DNA of 64,000 nucleotides. It comes from Octopus vulgaris (taxonomy: Eukaryota). Below the pieces are notes generated by a model. That model did no database searches. It was not told where the DNA came from and saw only the letters and a program-made list of their open reading frames with translations. The number at the start of each line of letters is the position of its first letter. The first letter of the stretch is position 1. Of this stretch, positions 1 to 11,099 are shown in pieces. Made by a program: the position numbers and the translations under genes. The stretch covers positions 8,618,001 to 8,682,000 of the forward strand of contig OX597820.1 in assembly GCA_951406725.2 (NCBI GenBank), read 5' to 3'.

Positions 1-180
1 ATACCTATTTCTTTACTACCCACAAGGGGCTAAACACAGAGGGGACAAACAAGGACAGACAAACGGATTAAGTCGATTATATCGACCCCAGTGCGTAACT
101 GGTACTTAATTTATCGACCCCGAAAGGATGAAAGGCAAAGTCGACCTCGGCGGAATTTGAACTCAGAACGTAACGGCAGA
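1..180 (-). mobile_element. SINE family B body unit (Nin/Deu-like central domain), truncated at window edge
   Basis: Reverse complement matches the ~183 bp unit GGTATTTCGTCTGCC...GCCTTTCATCCTTTCGGGGTCGAT...AAAGAAATA seen at 45144-45770 and 46801-47351. Confidence 0.85.
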
Positions 181-217
181 GAACACCAGAAAGATCCGGA
201 ATCGAACCCGAAATCAC

Positions 218-545
218 ATAACTTTGATAACTTTGATAGGCCCAGGCTATGTGTAACTAAATAGCACCACATTGTGATGTCTTTTAATCATATATAGGGG
301 GCCATGGCCCACTCTAGCAAAGCGTTTGTATCGTTGGAGACATATCCGGGTGTAGGAGGTTGGTCCGGGTTTTTTGAAGAAATTTGTCCAGCGAACTTTT
401 GAATTCTATGGGGTCCATTTCCGTTTTGTTGTATTTTTGGTAAGGTATTAAAGAGAGCTGGACCGGTTGAGGTAAAGTAGTTGTGGCCTAATGTGTCCTG
501 AGTTCGATATTTGCAGTGGGCGGATAGCACGGGGGCCAAGTCTTG
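218..545 (-). mobile_element. CR1/L2-group LINE 3' end fragment
   Basis: ORF 288-539 reads GPALFNTLP...PDQPPTPGY...NALLEW, a typical CR1-group ORF2 C-terminus. Short repeated tail (ATCAAAGTT)x2 at 218-238. Confidence 0.65.
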
Positions 546-1364
546 GGATGGATTTTTAAAAAATTGATGCCAACATCATTTGTGCAATAGTCATGGAATA
601 TTTTTCCTCATCACACAAATGGCTTAGAGCTCCCGGCGGCGGCGGCGGCGGCAAGGCCGATCGACTTGGTTTTTCTACACTACTACTACTACTACAACAA
701 CAACAACAATTAGGACGCTGAGTTAGAAGAAAACAATTTATCACAACAACAACAACAACAACTGCTACTGCTGCTATTGACACGTAGCAAGTTAAACATC
801 AACCTTGAAATATCATCTGTCGCATTTCCGCCCCACCACCATCCAATCACACACCCCCCCCCGTCAGCCCCCACCCCCGCCCCCAGCCCACCCACCTAAC
901 AGTAGCTCGTTCGTTCCCCACCGCCACTACCAGCTGTACCACCACCTCGACCCCGCCCCCATCCCTTCCTTCTGATAACCTACTTAAACATGTGGGGTAT
1001 AATGTATATATCATGTTTATAATGGGTGTATAATGTATGTAGAGTGTGTAGAATGGGTGTATAATGTATGTAGAGTGTGTAGAATGGTATGTGTGTGTGT
1101 GTGTGTGTGTGTCAGATTAAAGAATTCTTGGAATGTCCTCATCATCATCATCATCAACTTGTTAAAAGCTTCCTCCTCTTTATTCTCTATTCCTAACTAT
1201 TCTTTACCATTCTCCACCAGTTCTTAGTAATCCATACCATTACTTACCATTTTCAAATTTTAATCTTTTTAATCTTTCTTAATAATCCTTCATCATCACT
1301 TAACCTTCTTTACCATTCTTTAACTGCCATTATTATTCTTTATCTTTTTTTTTACCACTCATAA

Positions 1365-1579
1365 CTCTTACTCTTTTACTCTTTTACTCTTTTACTTGTT
1401 TCAGTCATTTGACTGCGGCCATGCTGGAGCACCGCCTTTAGTCGAGCAAATCGACCCCGGGACTTATTCTTTGTAAGCCCAGTACTTATTCTATCAGTCT
1501 CTTTTGCCGAACCGCTAAGTGACGGGGACGTAAACACACCAGCATCGGTTGTCAAGCAATGCTAGGGGAACAAACGCAA

Positions 1580-1677
<98 letters not shown>

Positions 1678-1811
1678 GACAGGCTTCTTTCAGTTTCCGT
1701 CTACCAAATCCACTCACAAGGCATTGGTCGGCCCGGTTCTATAACAGAAGACACCTGCCCAAGTGGGACTGAACCCGGAACCATGTGGTTGGTTAGCAAG
1801 CTACTTACCAC
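1365..1811 (-). mobile_element. SINE family A (tRNA head, CORE-like segment, internal (TA/TG)n, LINE-derived tail)
   Basis: Near-identical to the other family A copies; (GTAAAAGA)n tail; short internal deletion in the head. Confidence 0.9.
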
Positions 1812-2639
1812 CCATAAACTCTTCATTATAATTTTTTTACCACTTCTTACCAATCTTTACCATTCTTTGCTGTTTTCTACCATTGTTTACCATTCGTTGC
1901 CATTCTTTAACAGTCATAATCAATGCAGTCTAATTTTTAACCATTTCTGCTATTTATTACCATTCTCCGGCACTTTTAGTCATTCCTTACTATTTTTTTT
2001 TTAACATTCACAAAGGTTCATTATCACTCTTTACTATTTCCATTCCTTACCATTTCAAGGGAATATGAATTAACCCAATACTATCTGCGGGTGTCTTTGA
2101 AAACAGACGAGATAATTGTAATGGATAACTTCCTCTTCCAGGGATAAGAAAATTCCTTTTGGGACTTTCTCTTTCCAACCGAAGTAATTCCAGTTTTTTC
2201 TTCATGCTCTTGCTATCCTCCCCCTCTCTCTCTCTCTCTCTCCCCTCTCCCCTGTCTCTCTCTCTTTCTCCCCCTCCATTTTCCGTCTCTTTCTCTCCGC
2301 CACTCGACTGAACTTGTGACATCGAAGTAATGTTCGTATTTATTTAGCTCAGAAGAGTAAAGTTCCAGTTCTTAAAACCAGTTTTATAAATGAATACATT
2401 TAGCTGGACGACAGAGAGAGAGAGGGCGAAGTGAAGAGAGGGGTGAGGGAGGTAGAGAGGGGGAGTGAAGAAATTGCGAGAAGGAAAAACTAATTTTTTT
2501 TCTAAAATAGTTTTTCTCTCTCCGCTTCCAACAACACCCTCATCCAAATAGCCCCACTCCTTCTCCCTTCTTTTCTTCCCTTCTTCTCACTCTCTTCCCT
2601 CTCTCTCTCTCTTTCTCTCTCTCTCTCCCTCTCATCACT

Positions 2640-4000
2640 GTTCAGAGAGCAGCTGATTTCCACAACAGAGCATACCTTTCCTCTTGTGGCCCCACACAAC
2701 AATATCTCTCCGGTTGCGTTTTAACTTGGTAACTGTTTTAATTTATAAGTTCTACCAATATTCTTTTCACCCATCGGTCTCAATATGGTCGGCTTCGTCT
2801 GTAGGAGTTTTCTTTCTTGCTATCCTGTTTCAGACTGTTCCGGCCATCGCATGCCTCGTGGGAAGACAATATCTGAAAGACATTCATCGTAGTTGGCAAT
2901 AATGTGGTTGATGTTGCTGTTACTGTTGCTGTTGAGCGAACGGTCTTCGTCCCAGAGCTCGCAAGATGGGAGAAGTCCGCTACGTGGTCCTTTGCTATTC
3001 GTAAGACCCGCAGAAGAGAAAGCAGGTCGACCCCCGACACCGAGAGCATCGACGGATGGATGAATGCGCATCCAGGCCCAGCGGTTGCGTAGGAAGTCGG
3101 GGACAAGAAACAGGAAGAAAGAGTGAGAGAAAGTTGGAGCGAAAGAGTACAACAGGGGTCGCAACCACCCCCAGCCGGAACCTCGTGGAGCTTTAGGTGT
3201 TTTCGCTCAATAAATACACACAACGCCCGGTCTGGGATGCGAAACCGCGAGTCCGCTGCCCTAACCACTGGGCCATTGCGCCTCCTGTGGTTGATGTCTT
3301 CAGTTTTGGTCTTGCACAGCCTAAATTTCTTCTGTCTCTGTTTTCTGCCTTACTTGTTGAGGTCTCTTGCTTTTTGAAGTGCATGGAGGTAGCTTTCGAA
3401 GTGGGATGTCATAAACCAGTCGGCACTCCATGCCAGGCTTTTGACATGATCGATATTCTTTCTATAGTTTGTGTCTTTTTGGGCCAAGTTCCTGTGTACT
3501 ATCTTCTCAGTGGATTGGTGCATTTTTATATTTTCTGATTTTGATAAATAGATTTTGCCAATGCTCCTTAAGGAGCTCTTACTTCATGCCTCTCCTTAAA
3601 CTCATTAGCTCTCCTAATTATGTCGTTGATTTTATGGTCACAAACTTGGCGTGGAAAGTATAGACTGTCCACATCTCTATTGATAATAAAGTTTCCTGTG
3701 ACACCGAGCAGCTTGCGAGTTTGAACAACTATCTTATTGAGTTCTTGTGGGGATAAGTTCAGAAGGTCAAGAGTAAGCTGGGGACAAGCACTGCAAAAGT
3801 GTTGCAGGCAACATGCTTGATATAAGCTGACAGCTCTGATGACCTTATTCTCTTTATTGTCCTAGAGTATTCATTCCTTGTCATCTCCTTATTTATGGGT
3901 CCATCATATCTGACTTTCTGATCCTGCCCAAGATAATCGTCACCTGATTGTAGAGGTTGTATCGTCGAGTCGTTCATTTTCTGAGGGCACAACTTGTCCA
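2640..4000 (-). mobile_element. R4/Dong-like non-LTR retrotransposon remnant (post-RT region to RLE endonuclease), interrupted by a SINE
   Basis: Decayed motifs on the minus strand: DYLGQ...INKE...EY...SELS...NTFAV (3759-4001), HII zinc-knuckle remnant, and VVEISC (RLE) near 2650. Confidence 0.65.
2915..3285 (-). mobile_element. SINE family C, tail variant 1
   Basis: tRNA-like head GGAGGCGCAATGGCCCAGTGGTTAGGG; 12 bp TSD TGTGGTTGATGT at 2903-2914 and 3286-3297. Confidence 0.9.
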
Positions 4001-4104
4001 CTTGTTATCGCATATTTTGAGGGACCCACGGTGCCTTATATGTGTACGTTTTTTATCTGTTTTTTATCTGTCGCTGTTTATTTGCAATGCACGTTTTCAT
4101 TCTT

Positions 4105-4570
4105 TATGTATGTATGTATGTATGTATGTATGTATGTATGTATGTATGTATGTATGTATGTATGTATGTATGTATGTATGTATGTATTTATGTATGTATG
4201 TATGTATTTATGTATGTATGTATGCATGTATCTATGTATGTATGTATGTATTTATGTATGTATGTATGTATTTATGTATGTATGTATGCATGTATGTATG
4301 TATGTATGTATGTATGTATGTATTTATGTATGTATGTATGTATGTATGTATGTATGTATGTATTTATGTATGTATGTATGCATGTATGTATATATGTATG
4401 TATGTCTGCATGTATGTGTGCATGTACGTATGTATGTGTGTGTATGTATGTATTTATGTATGTATGTATGTATATATGTATGTCTGCATGTATGTGTGTA
4501 TGTGTGTATGTATGTATGTATGTATGTATGTATGTATGTATGTATGTATGTATTTATGCATGTATGTATG

Positions 4571-4603
<33 letters not shown>

Positions 4604-4750
4604 GTTCAGATTTATGTATGTCTTCTCATGCATATAGCTACATATCTAGACATACTCATATATACATAAATGATAAAAGCCTGGAAAGTTTTACAGATTT
4701 TTACAGTTCTCGTCATGGCTTGGATCTGTAGTCTTCGAATCAGCTTTCTC
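4105..4750 (-). mobile_element. (TATG)n microsatellite joined to the 3' UTR of the R4/Dong-like LINE
   Basis: 4620-4750 is homologous to 28911-29030, which directly follows an RLE ORF end; both abut (CATA)n in element sense. Confidence 0.75.
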
Positions 4751-5075
4751 TTTTAGCGTAGGTATTCTATTTTTTACTGTCTACTCGTGTGTATCGGGCC
4801 ATGTTTTCTGCTAATCGTGTGTCTGAGATCTTCCACATAAATATGACATAATCAACATTTTTTCGGTTGCATCTGTTTTATCGATTAGGCATTTCGTAAC
4901 ATAATCCCCGGTTCTTGTATTGCAAATGCATTGTCTTTGAAGTGTGATGTGATATAACGGTCACGATTCCAAGGGAGGCTTCGCTTCACATCATTGTTAC
5001 TGTCTTCTTCAAGTTTTCTTCAAGTCTTCTTCAAGTCTTCGGGAAACATGCATACCCTTTTTTAAAAATATTTTT

Positions 5076-5484
5076 GGATCTTTTCGGTTTGGACGGCAGT
5101 TTTTTAAAATAATTTCCACGTAACTAAACACTTTTAAACTTCGTATACTGGTAGAACGTGTTTATAAAACATCTTTTTCTCTTGGCTTTATTGAGAAAAT
5201 TCTATAGTTTGTAAGATATTTGTTATGTTTTTCATCAAATTCAGCAATATCAACGAATCAATGACGTCTATTGAGGTGAAAACATTCTGTGCCGTATAAA
5301 TATGTCCCTCGTTTAAGAACCAGATTGGGTTTATTTACATTTCTAAAAAAAAAATATACCTTTCCCACCACCCCAAACCCTAAAACAGATTGAAATGCAA
5401 TAGATCGATACTAGGGTCATAATTATGGGTGACAATTTCATATGACACCGCTAGAAAAAACTTCCGTTCAAACCGAAAAGATCC
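5076..5484. mobile_element. MITE / non-autonomous DNA transposon with ~30 bp TIRs (superfamily uncertain, possibly Mutator-like)
   Basis: GGATCTTTTCGGTTTGGACGGCAGTTTTTT versus AAAAAACTTCCGTTCAAACCGAAAAGATCC; T-rich flanks. Confidence 0.8.
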
Positions 5485-5539
5485 TTTTTTTTTTTTATTT
5501 GGTATACTGAACGTTTCACATCCAGGTCGACTTTGACGT

Positions 5540-5806
5540 ATGTTAGTCCGGCTGTTTTGGAATTGTATGGGAGATCATAATCGCATCTTAAGTCGCTCAC
5601 TGCCGACACGTAGCAGATTGTTCTCTTCACTCTTCCGTACTATGTTAATGTATTTATTTTTGCTGCGGTTGTTTACGACATTCATAGGCTGCCTGCACTG
5701 GTCTCAAACTTCTACATCCTTTATCTCTTCTTAGGTAGAACCTGTCGATGTCACTATTTCTGTGGAGGTTTCCAGTTGATGTAAACATTTTGCAGGTTTT
5801 AACGTT
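5540..5806 (-). mobile_element. R4/Dong-like LINE fragment
   Basis: LHRNSDIDRFYLRRDKGCRSL matches the HPKSDxDRLYLxRxEGGRGL motif. Confidence 0.7.
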
Positions 5807-7440
5807 TGTGGAGGAATGAAGGGAGACGTCGGGCACCGGGAGCGAGGGAAGAAGCAGGGCATTTGAATAGCCTCTTTCTTCGACACGTCATCAAGGGGAA
5901 CAGACGTACGGAAGGAATCACAGAGAGAGTATTTTCTGGACAGAGGGTAGGATAGTGCACACGTATAGGTACGGCCAATGAGTTCTGCCGACCTTTATGA
6001 AGCAAAGCTGAATTCTCTGTTTTGATTTCGTCTCGAGTTGAAAACATGATTTTGCCTTGTGAGTTTTGTGGCCGAAATTTTAATGTGAAAGTAATTCCCA
6101 AACAACGAAAAATATATACTAAGGTTTTTAACTTGAGAAGATTCCACAAAGCAACGATTTGAAGTGCTGTACTTAACTATAAAGTTAAGCAAAATTCTAA
6201 AAAGGAAATTCCGATACCAAAGTCAAACTGAAGAGTTAAGCATGAAGACTTTATACATTCCGTCTGCTAAATGAAGAAAGTGAGCCTGGCTTTGGCTGAC
6301 AGGACAATAGGACTCTGTTTTGGGCGAGGATGGTTCACCCAAGTGTCACCAGGGAGTGTTCAGAAAACAGTTGGAAGTTGTGACAGGGGTCAGTCCATCG
6401 AGCCTACGCCGAATGTGCATGAAACAGGAAACATTCGGTGGGAGAAAGACTGGAAGACGCAAGCGATAGACGTGATACACTATCGGCGAAGGTTGTTCCT
6501 TTCAGTGGTTGACTGTGGACCAGGGTGAAAAGCGATATGAATGGAAATAGCGGCCGAAATCGCAGAGGAGCTGAATACAGTGTTCCTAGAAAGGGGCCAG
6601 CAGATGAGCTGTTAATGAACAACAGCAAAGCGTTTGTAGTGACGTTATACAACAGTGCGCGCGCGCAACGTCATTTTCAGTGTGCGTGTGCGGAACGTCC
6701 TTCTTCAGTGTGCGTGTGCGGGGTTGGAGCCTTCTGGAAAGGCAGAAGGGAAGTGCCCTCTCGGACATGCGCGAAGACTGAAGAAGGAATTGCTGATGTG
6801 GCATTAGCTGATAGGCGAGGGACAGCGTTCCCTTAACAAGGACACAGAGAGACACGCATAGGTAGTAGCAGAACGCCTTCATACGAGATTGTGGCAGACC
6901 TATTTTCTCCGCTGTCTCTGGACGCTAAGATTTGACCTGCTCTGTTTTGCTGCTGCACTTGTTGTAAGATTCTTACAAGTGTTAAAGTTCAGCCTTGCCA
7001 CACCAGAACCAAGTGGATACCAATATACCACCTTACTTCTTTCTGTGAATAAGAAAATAAAGAATATATATATTTTTAAGGTTGCGTTCGTGTTCTTTGA
7101 CTGGTAGATTCTGGAAATTAAAGAACGGAAATTGTGTTGCACCTGAGTTGTACCCCAAAAGTGTAAGAAGCAACGAGTTCCCGTTACACGTTTCTTTCGG
7201 AGCAACTGAAGGGAATGCTCGAAAGATTGAGCATCAGACATTTCTTTAGGGATGCGTTCACGCCCAGTGGAAACGGGATTGCGGAACGATACCATCGCAC
7301 AATTAAAGTCATAGCTAAGGGGGGCTAATCTCCTACCCACTGGGGCAGTCTTTTGGTAAAATATATTGCCCAGGGTAGGACAAGTTGAGTCGAGTCCACA
7401 AAGAGCCAAATTCCAGTACGACTGCCATAAGCTTCTAAGT
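5807..7440 (+). mobile_element. Gypsy LTR retrotransposon remnant: LTR-like segment plus integrase fragment split by a solo LTR
   Basis: Integrase motifs CDRGQSIEP...QAIDVIHY...SVVDCGPG (6271-6528) and LLMNNSKAF, continuing after the insertion as LSEQLKGMLE...PSGNGIAERYHRTIK (7193-7310). Confidence 0.75.
6635..7188 (+). mobile_element. Solo LTR
   Basis: TGTA...TACA termini; 4 bp TSD CGTT (6631-6634 and 7189-7192); removing it restores the integrase frame. Confidence 0.75.
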
Positions 7441-8160
7441 TTGGTCATAATATTTTTGGCTCACTCTATCTTTATTCACACCACCTTAGTATGATATCTT
7501 TTCATCAATTCCTAGGTAGCTGTAGCATTCTTTGTGTGAAACGGGAGAGATATTGAGACTATTCATGCACAGGTTTTGGGTCTGGGGGGGCTGATTTTAC
7601 ACGTTCAACAATCAAATATGAATATTTCTTTTGGCCAAGTTCCATTCCTATGTTATCAATATTGTTATTAATTGCAGTTTTTTTTCTTTCTTTGCATTGT
7701 TAACACTTTTAAGAGAAATATCTTGCGGTCATCCGCAAAGAGATGTTATGGGTTACATTAACATCTCTCTAGCAGTTTCAGACCCTAACATGTAACCATT
7801 TGATTTTTGTAGCAGGAATGAAAATGGATTCAATGCCAAAATGAACAAAGCTACAGGAAAACTCCATCCTTGGAATATCCCTTTGGAATATTTATAACAT
7901 TGGAGGTGGAAGTCGTTCCAGTCTCAGTACTGAGTGTTAGAATTGTTGCCCAGGTCTTTGTGGACCTCTTAATGGCAGTTAATAGGGTAGCAGGCACTTT
8001 TGCAAAATGTAGACATTTCAGCAGCCATGAATGGGGAACAGACTCAAATACCTTTAACAAGATTTTCGGGATCTCCTTCAGAGCGGGCTTTCTTAACGGT
8101 AATATTTTCCTTCCCCATGTCTCTGTATATTGTCTGTGGGTCAGAAGCAAACTAAGGATT
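7440..8160 (-). mobile_element. R4/Dong-like LINE reverse transcriptase fragment
   Basis: FESVPHSWLL...TW.T.L...INIPKG, and HLFADD near 7725-7745. Confidence 0.75.
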
Positions 8161-8572
8161 TACTCTTTTACTCTTTTACTTGTTTCAGTCATTTGACTGC
8201 GGCCATGCTGGAGCACCGCCTTTAGTCGAGCAAATCGACCCCGGGACTTTTCTTTGTAAGCCCAGTTCTTATTCTATCGGTCTCTTTTGCCGAACCGCTA
8301 AGTGACGGGGACGTAAACACACCAGCATCGGTTGTCAAGCAATGCTAGGGGGACAAACACAGACACACAAACACATACACACACATACATATATATATAC
8401 ATATATACGACAGGCTTCTTTCAGTTTCCGTCTACCAAATCCACTCACAAGGCATTGGTCGGCCCGGGGCTATAGCAGAAGACACTTGCCCAAGATGCCA
8501 CGCAGTGGGACTGAACCCGGAACCATGTGGTTGGTTAGCAAGCTACTTACCACACAGCCACTCCTGCGCCTA
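8161..8572 (-). mobile_element. SINE family A, full length
   Basis: Head AGGCGCAGGAGTGGCTGTGTGGTAAG with B-box GGTTCAGTCCC; matches the other copies. Confidence 0.92.
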
Positions 8573-8639
8573 TTTGTAGAGGTTCGTCCATAATTCGTCT
8601 ATACCAGAGAAAATTTTCGCTCAGCGCCCAATGTTCGTT

Positions 8640-8950
8640 TTCTTTTTTTTTTTTAAGTTTCAGCTCAGAGCTGCGGCCATGCTGATGCACCGCCGTTTTG
8701 CGCTACACTGTTATTACTAGGAGCCTCCTCTAATATGTGTGGCACTTGATGAAGAATGGAGTTTGATATAGCTACCCTCATTTGCACCTCTTGCCGTGAG
8801 GTAGGCTCATCTGGGACCCTCGACAGGAAGAGGTCCAGCTTTGATTTAAAAAACCCTACATCTACTTTGTGCAAGTTCCTCAGACTCTTTGGGAGAATAT
8901 TAAAAAGCTGTGGGCCCTCGAAACCCAGGCTGTTGCAGTAACTGGTCCTG
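8640..8950 (-). mobile_element. CR1-group LINE 3' end, candidate partner of SINE A
   Basis: GPQLFNILPK...FKSKLDLFLSRVPDEP...SNSILHQ followed by GGCGGTGCATCAGCATGGCCGCAGCTCTGAGCTGAAAC and an A-rich tail. Confidence 0.75.
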
Positions 8951-9000
8951 AAGAGTAATCTTACTTTAAGATTGTTTCTTCATGATTTAGAGTAATCTTA

Positions 9001-9079
9001 CCTCAAGAACTTAGTGGGAAGTGTCACTGTGGAGTTTCATTAATTTATTCATATGACGTCATTGGTGAGGTGTAAACTC
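9001..9079. repeat. ~79 bp repeat, inverted copy at 10955-11034; probable DNA-transposon terminus (GAG-starting, Sola-like)
   Basis: Reverse complement aligns to GAGTTTACACC...TTCTTGAAGG at 10955-11034. Confidence 0.7.
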
Positions 9080-9569
9080 ATTATTCCTCTGACATTTTAT
9101 TCTTGTGGTTTACCATCCAATATGGCGGTGCAGCTTATTGATGTTTTCTTTATGTTTTGTTTTCCACCCAGATTGCTTCCGTTTAGTAGTTTCATTACCA
9201 TTTATACTACATACGTGTGTACACATGTATGTTTGATGCGACATCCGAACAAACTCTTTCTTTTACTCTCTCTCTCTCTCTCTCCCCTCTCTCTCTCTCC
9301 CTTTTTCTTGGGGGGTATGTGTGCACGCGCGTGTGCGCATGTAAAAACAAACTTTTTATATATATAGCTACACTCTGACATCTATATGCCTGCTGCTGCA
9401 CCACTTAACATTACATCAACTGCATTCCGACTGCACACATGCATTGTCTTATCGCGGCGGTGGCGGTGGTGGTGGTGGTGGCGGCGGCGGCGGCAGGCAA
9501 GAAGCATTTAATCACTTCTCAACTATTGAGTTACTTAAGAGTTTTGTTTGTGTTCTGAATGTGTGTGTA

Positions 9570-9625
<56 letters not shown>

Positions 9626-9684
9626 CATACATAAATACACATATATATATGCACACATATGTGTGTGTGTGTGTGTGTGTGTAG

Positions 9685-9751
<67 letters not shown>

Positions 9752-9779
9752 AATATATATATATATATACATATATAAT

Positions 9780-10055
9780 ACAAATAAGAAAATGGGGAAA
9801 CAAATTTAGTTTGTTCATAAACTTACGAATATTATAATGTTAGATTATTTATTCATTTTACAAATGAGGACATCAAAAGCATACAAAAATATTATATAAA
9901 TCAATAGATAAGATAATAATACAAAAACAGATTTTAAAAGTCATAGTATAAATTAATGGAATCCTAAAAATTACTTCTTACAGCTGTTTCAGTATATTGG
10001 ATAAATGATATCCCATAGTGGGTTACACCCATAACCTCCTATCTTACTTTGTACT
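9780..10055 (-). mobile_element. Probable PLE 3'-end fragment between (TA)n tracts, carrying a hammerhead 3' half
   Basis: Minus strand GAA-ACAGCTGT-A (9979-9990): palindromic stem III plus GUA; the 5' CUGANGA half is absent. Confidence 0.45.
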
Positions 10056-10076
10056 ATATATATATATATATATATA

Positions 10077-10113
<37 letters not shown>

Positions 10114-10699
10114 TCGATATATATATTCTTTAAGAATATATGTGTGTGTGTATAGCATGTATGTATTTATGTCTGATGTTTTGCTCCAGTATGATCTCAG
10201 CTGTAATAGCTAAAAACAAACTGAAGGATATGTGTTTGTTGTCATTGTTGTTGTTGTTGTTGCTGTTGTTGCTGCTTCATCACATGTAAACAAAAATCAG
10301 TTACACCACCACCACAACAACGACGATGACGACGACGCCTCCAGAATTTCGTGAGCGAGCAAATAAACAACGGGGATTTGACGATAAAGATGAAAAAACA
10401 AATCGGACACCCAACGTGATGGAGGTGGAGCTTGGCAGATAAGCAGCAACAGCATTTCTCATTGAGGCAGACTCATATATCTGCACGACACACAGACGAA
10501 AATATCCACGCAACAACGATGTTGTTTGGAATGAAAGCGAATAAAAATTAACCTCTTTTAGTGAGTCCTTTAACATGACCCTCCCTACTGCTGAGAAAAC
10601 TGGATTGTCCATCTATTTTCACAAGATAAAAGACCTTTCTCATTTCCTTCCTTCAGTGCACATAGCTATACTCGGAATAGGTTGCAGAAATAAACGTAA

Positions 10700-10954
10700 T
10701 GTGTCCTTTATACAAATCCACAATTTTTCAGTTAGAGGAGCTTGCACTTTCTATGTTCATTCAAAACTGTCCAAGGGTGGTCGTGCACATCTTTACATTT
10801 CCCCAGTCACCCTGCAAAGCCATTAAAAAATCAATAGAAGTGACTTTTTTGTGAATTTTCTATCCAAAACCCAATCAAAATGCCCGAAACTTGATACGCC
10901 AATTGAATGCCAGCTAGCTGTATGTGGTTGGTCGGAGATTTGGACAGTACTCGC
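10700..10954 (+). mobile_element. Non-autonomous Helitron internal fragment
   Basis: Homologous to 55975-56334; cut at 10955 by the GAG-terminus repeat. Confidence 0.75.
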
Positions 10955-11099
10955 GAGTTTACACCTTATCAATGACGTCATATGAATAAATTAACGAAAC
11001 TCCACGGTGACACTCCCCACTAAGTTCTTGAAGGCCACTAACTCAACGATATCGAGACACTAGACAGACACGTGACAGCCATCGATGAACATTTCCTGG

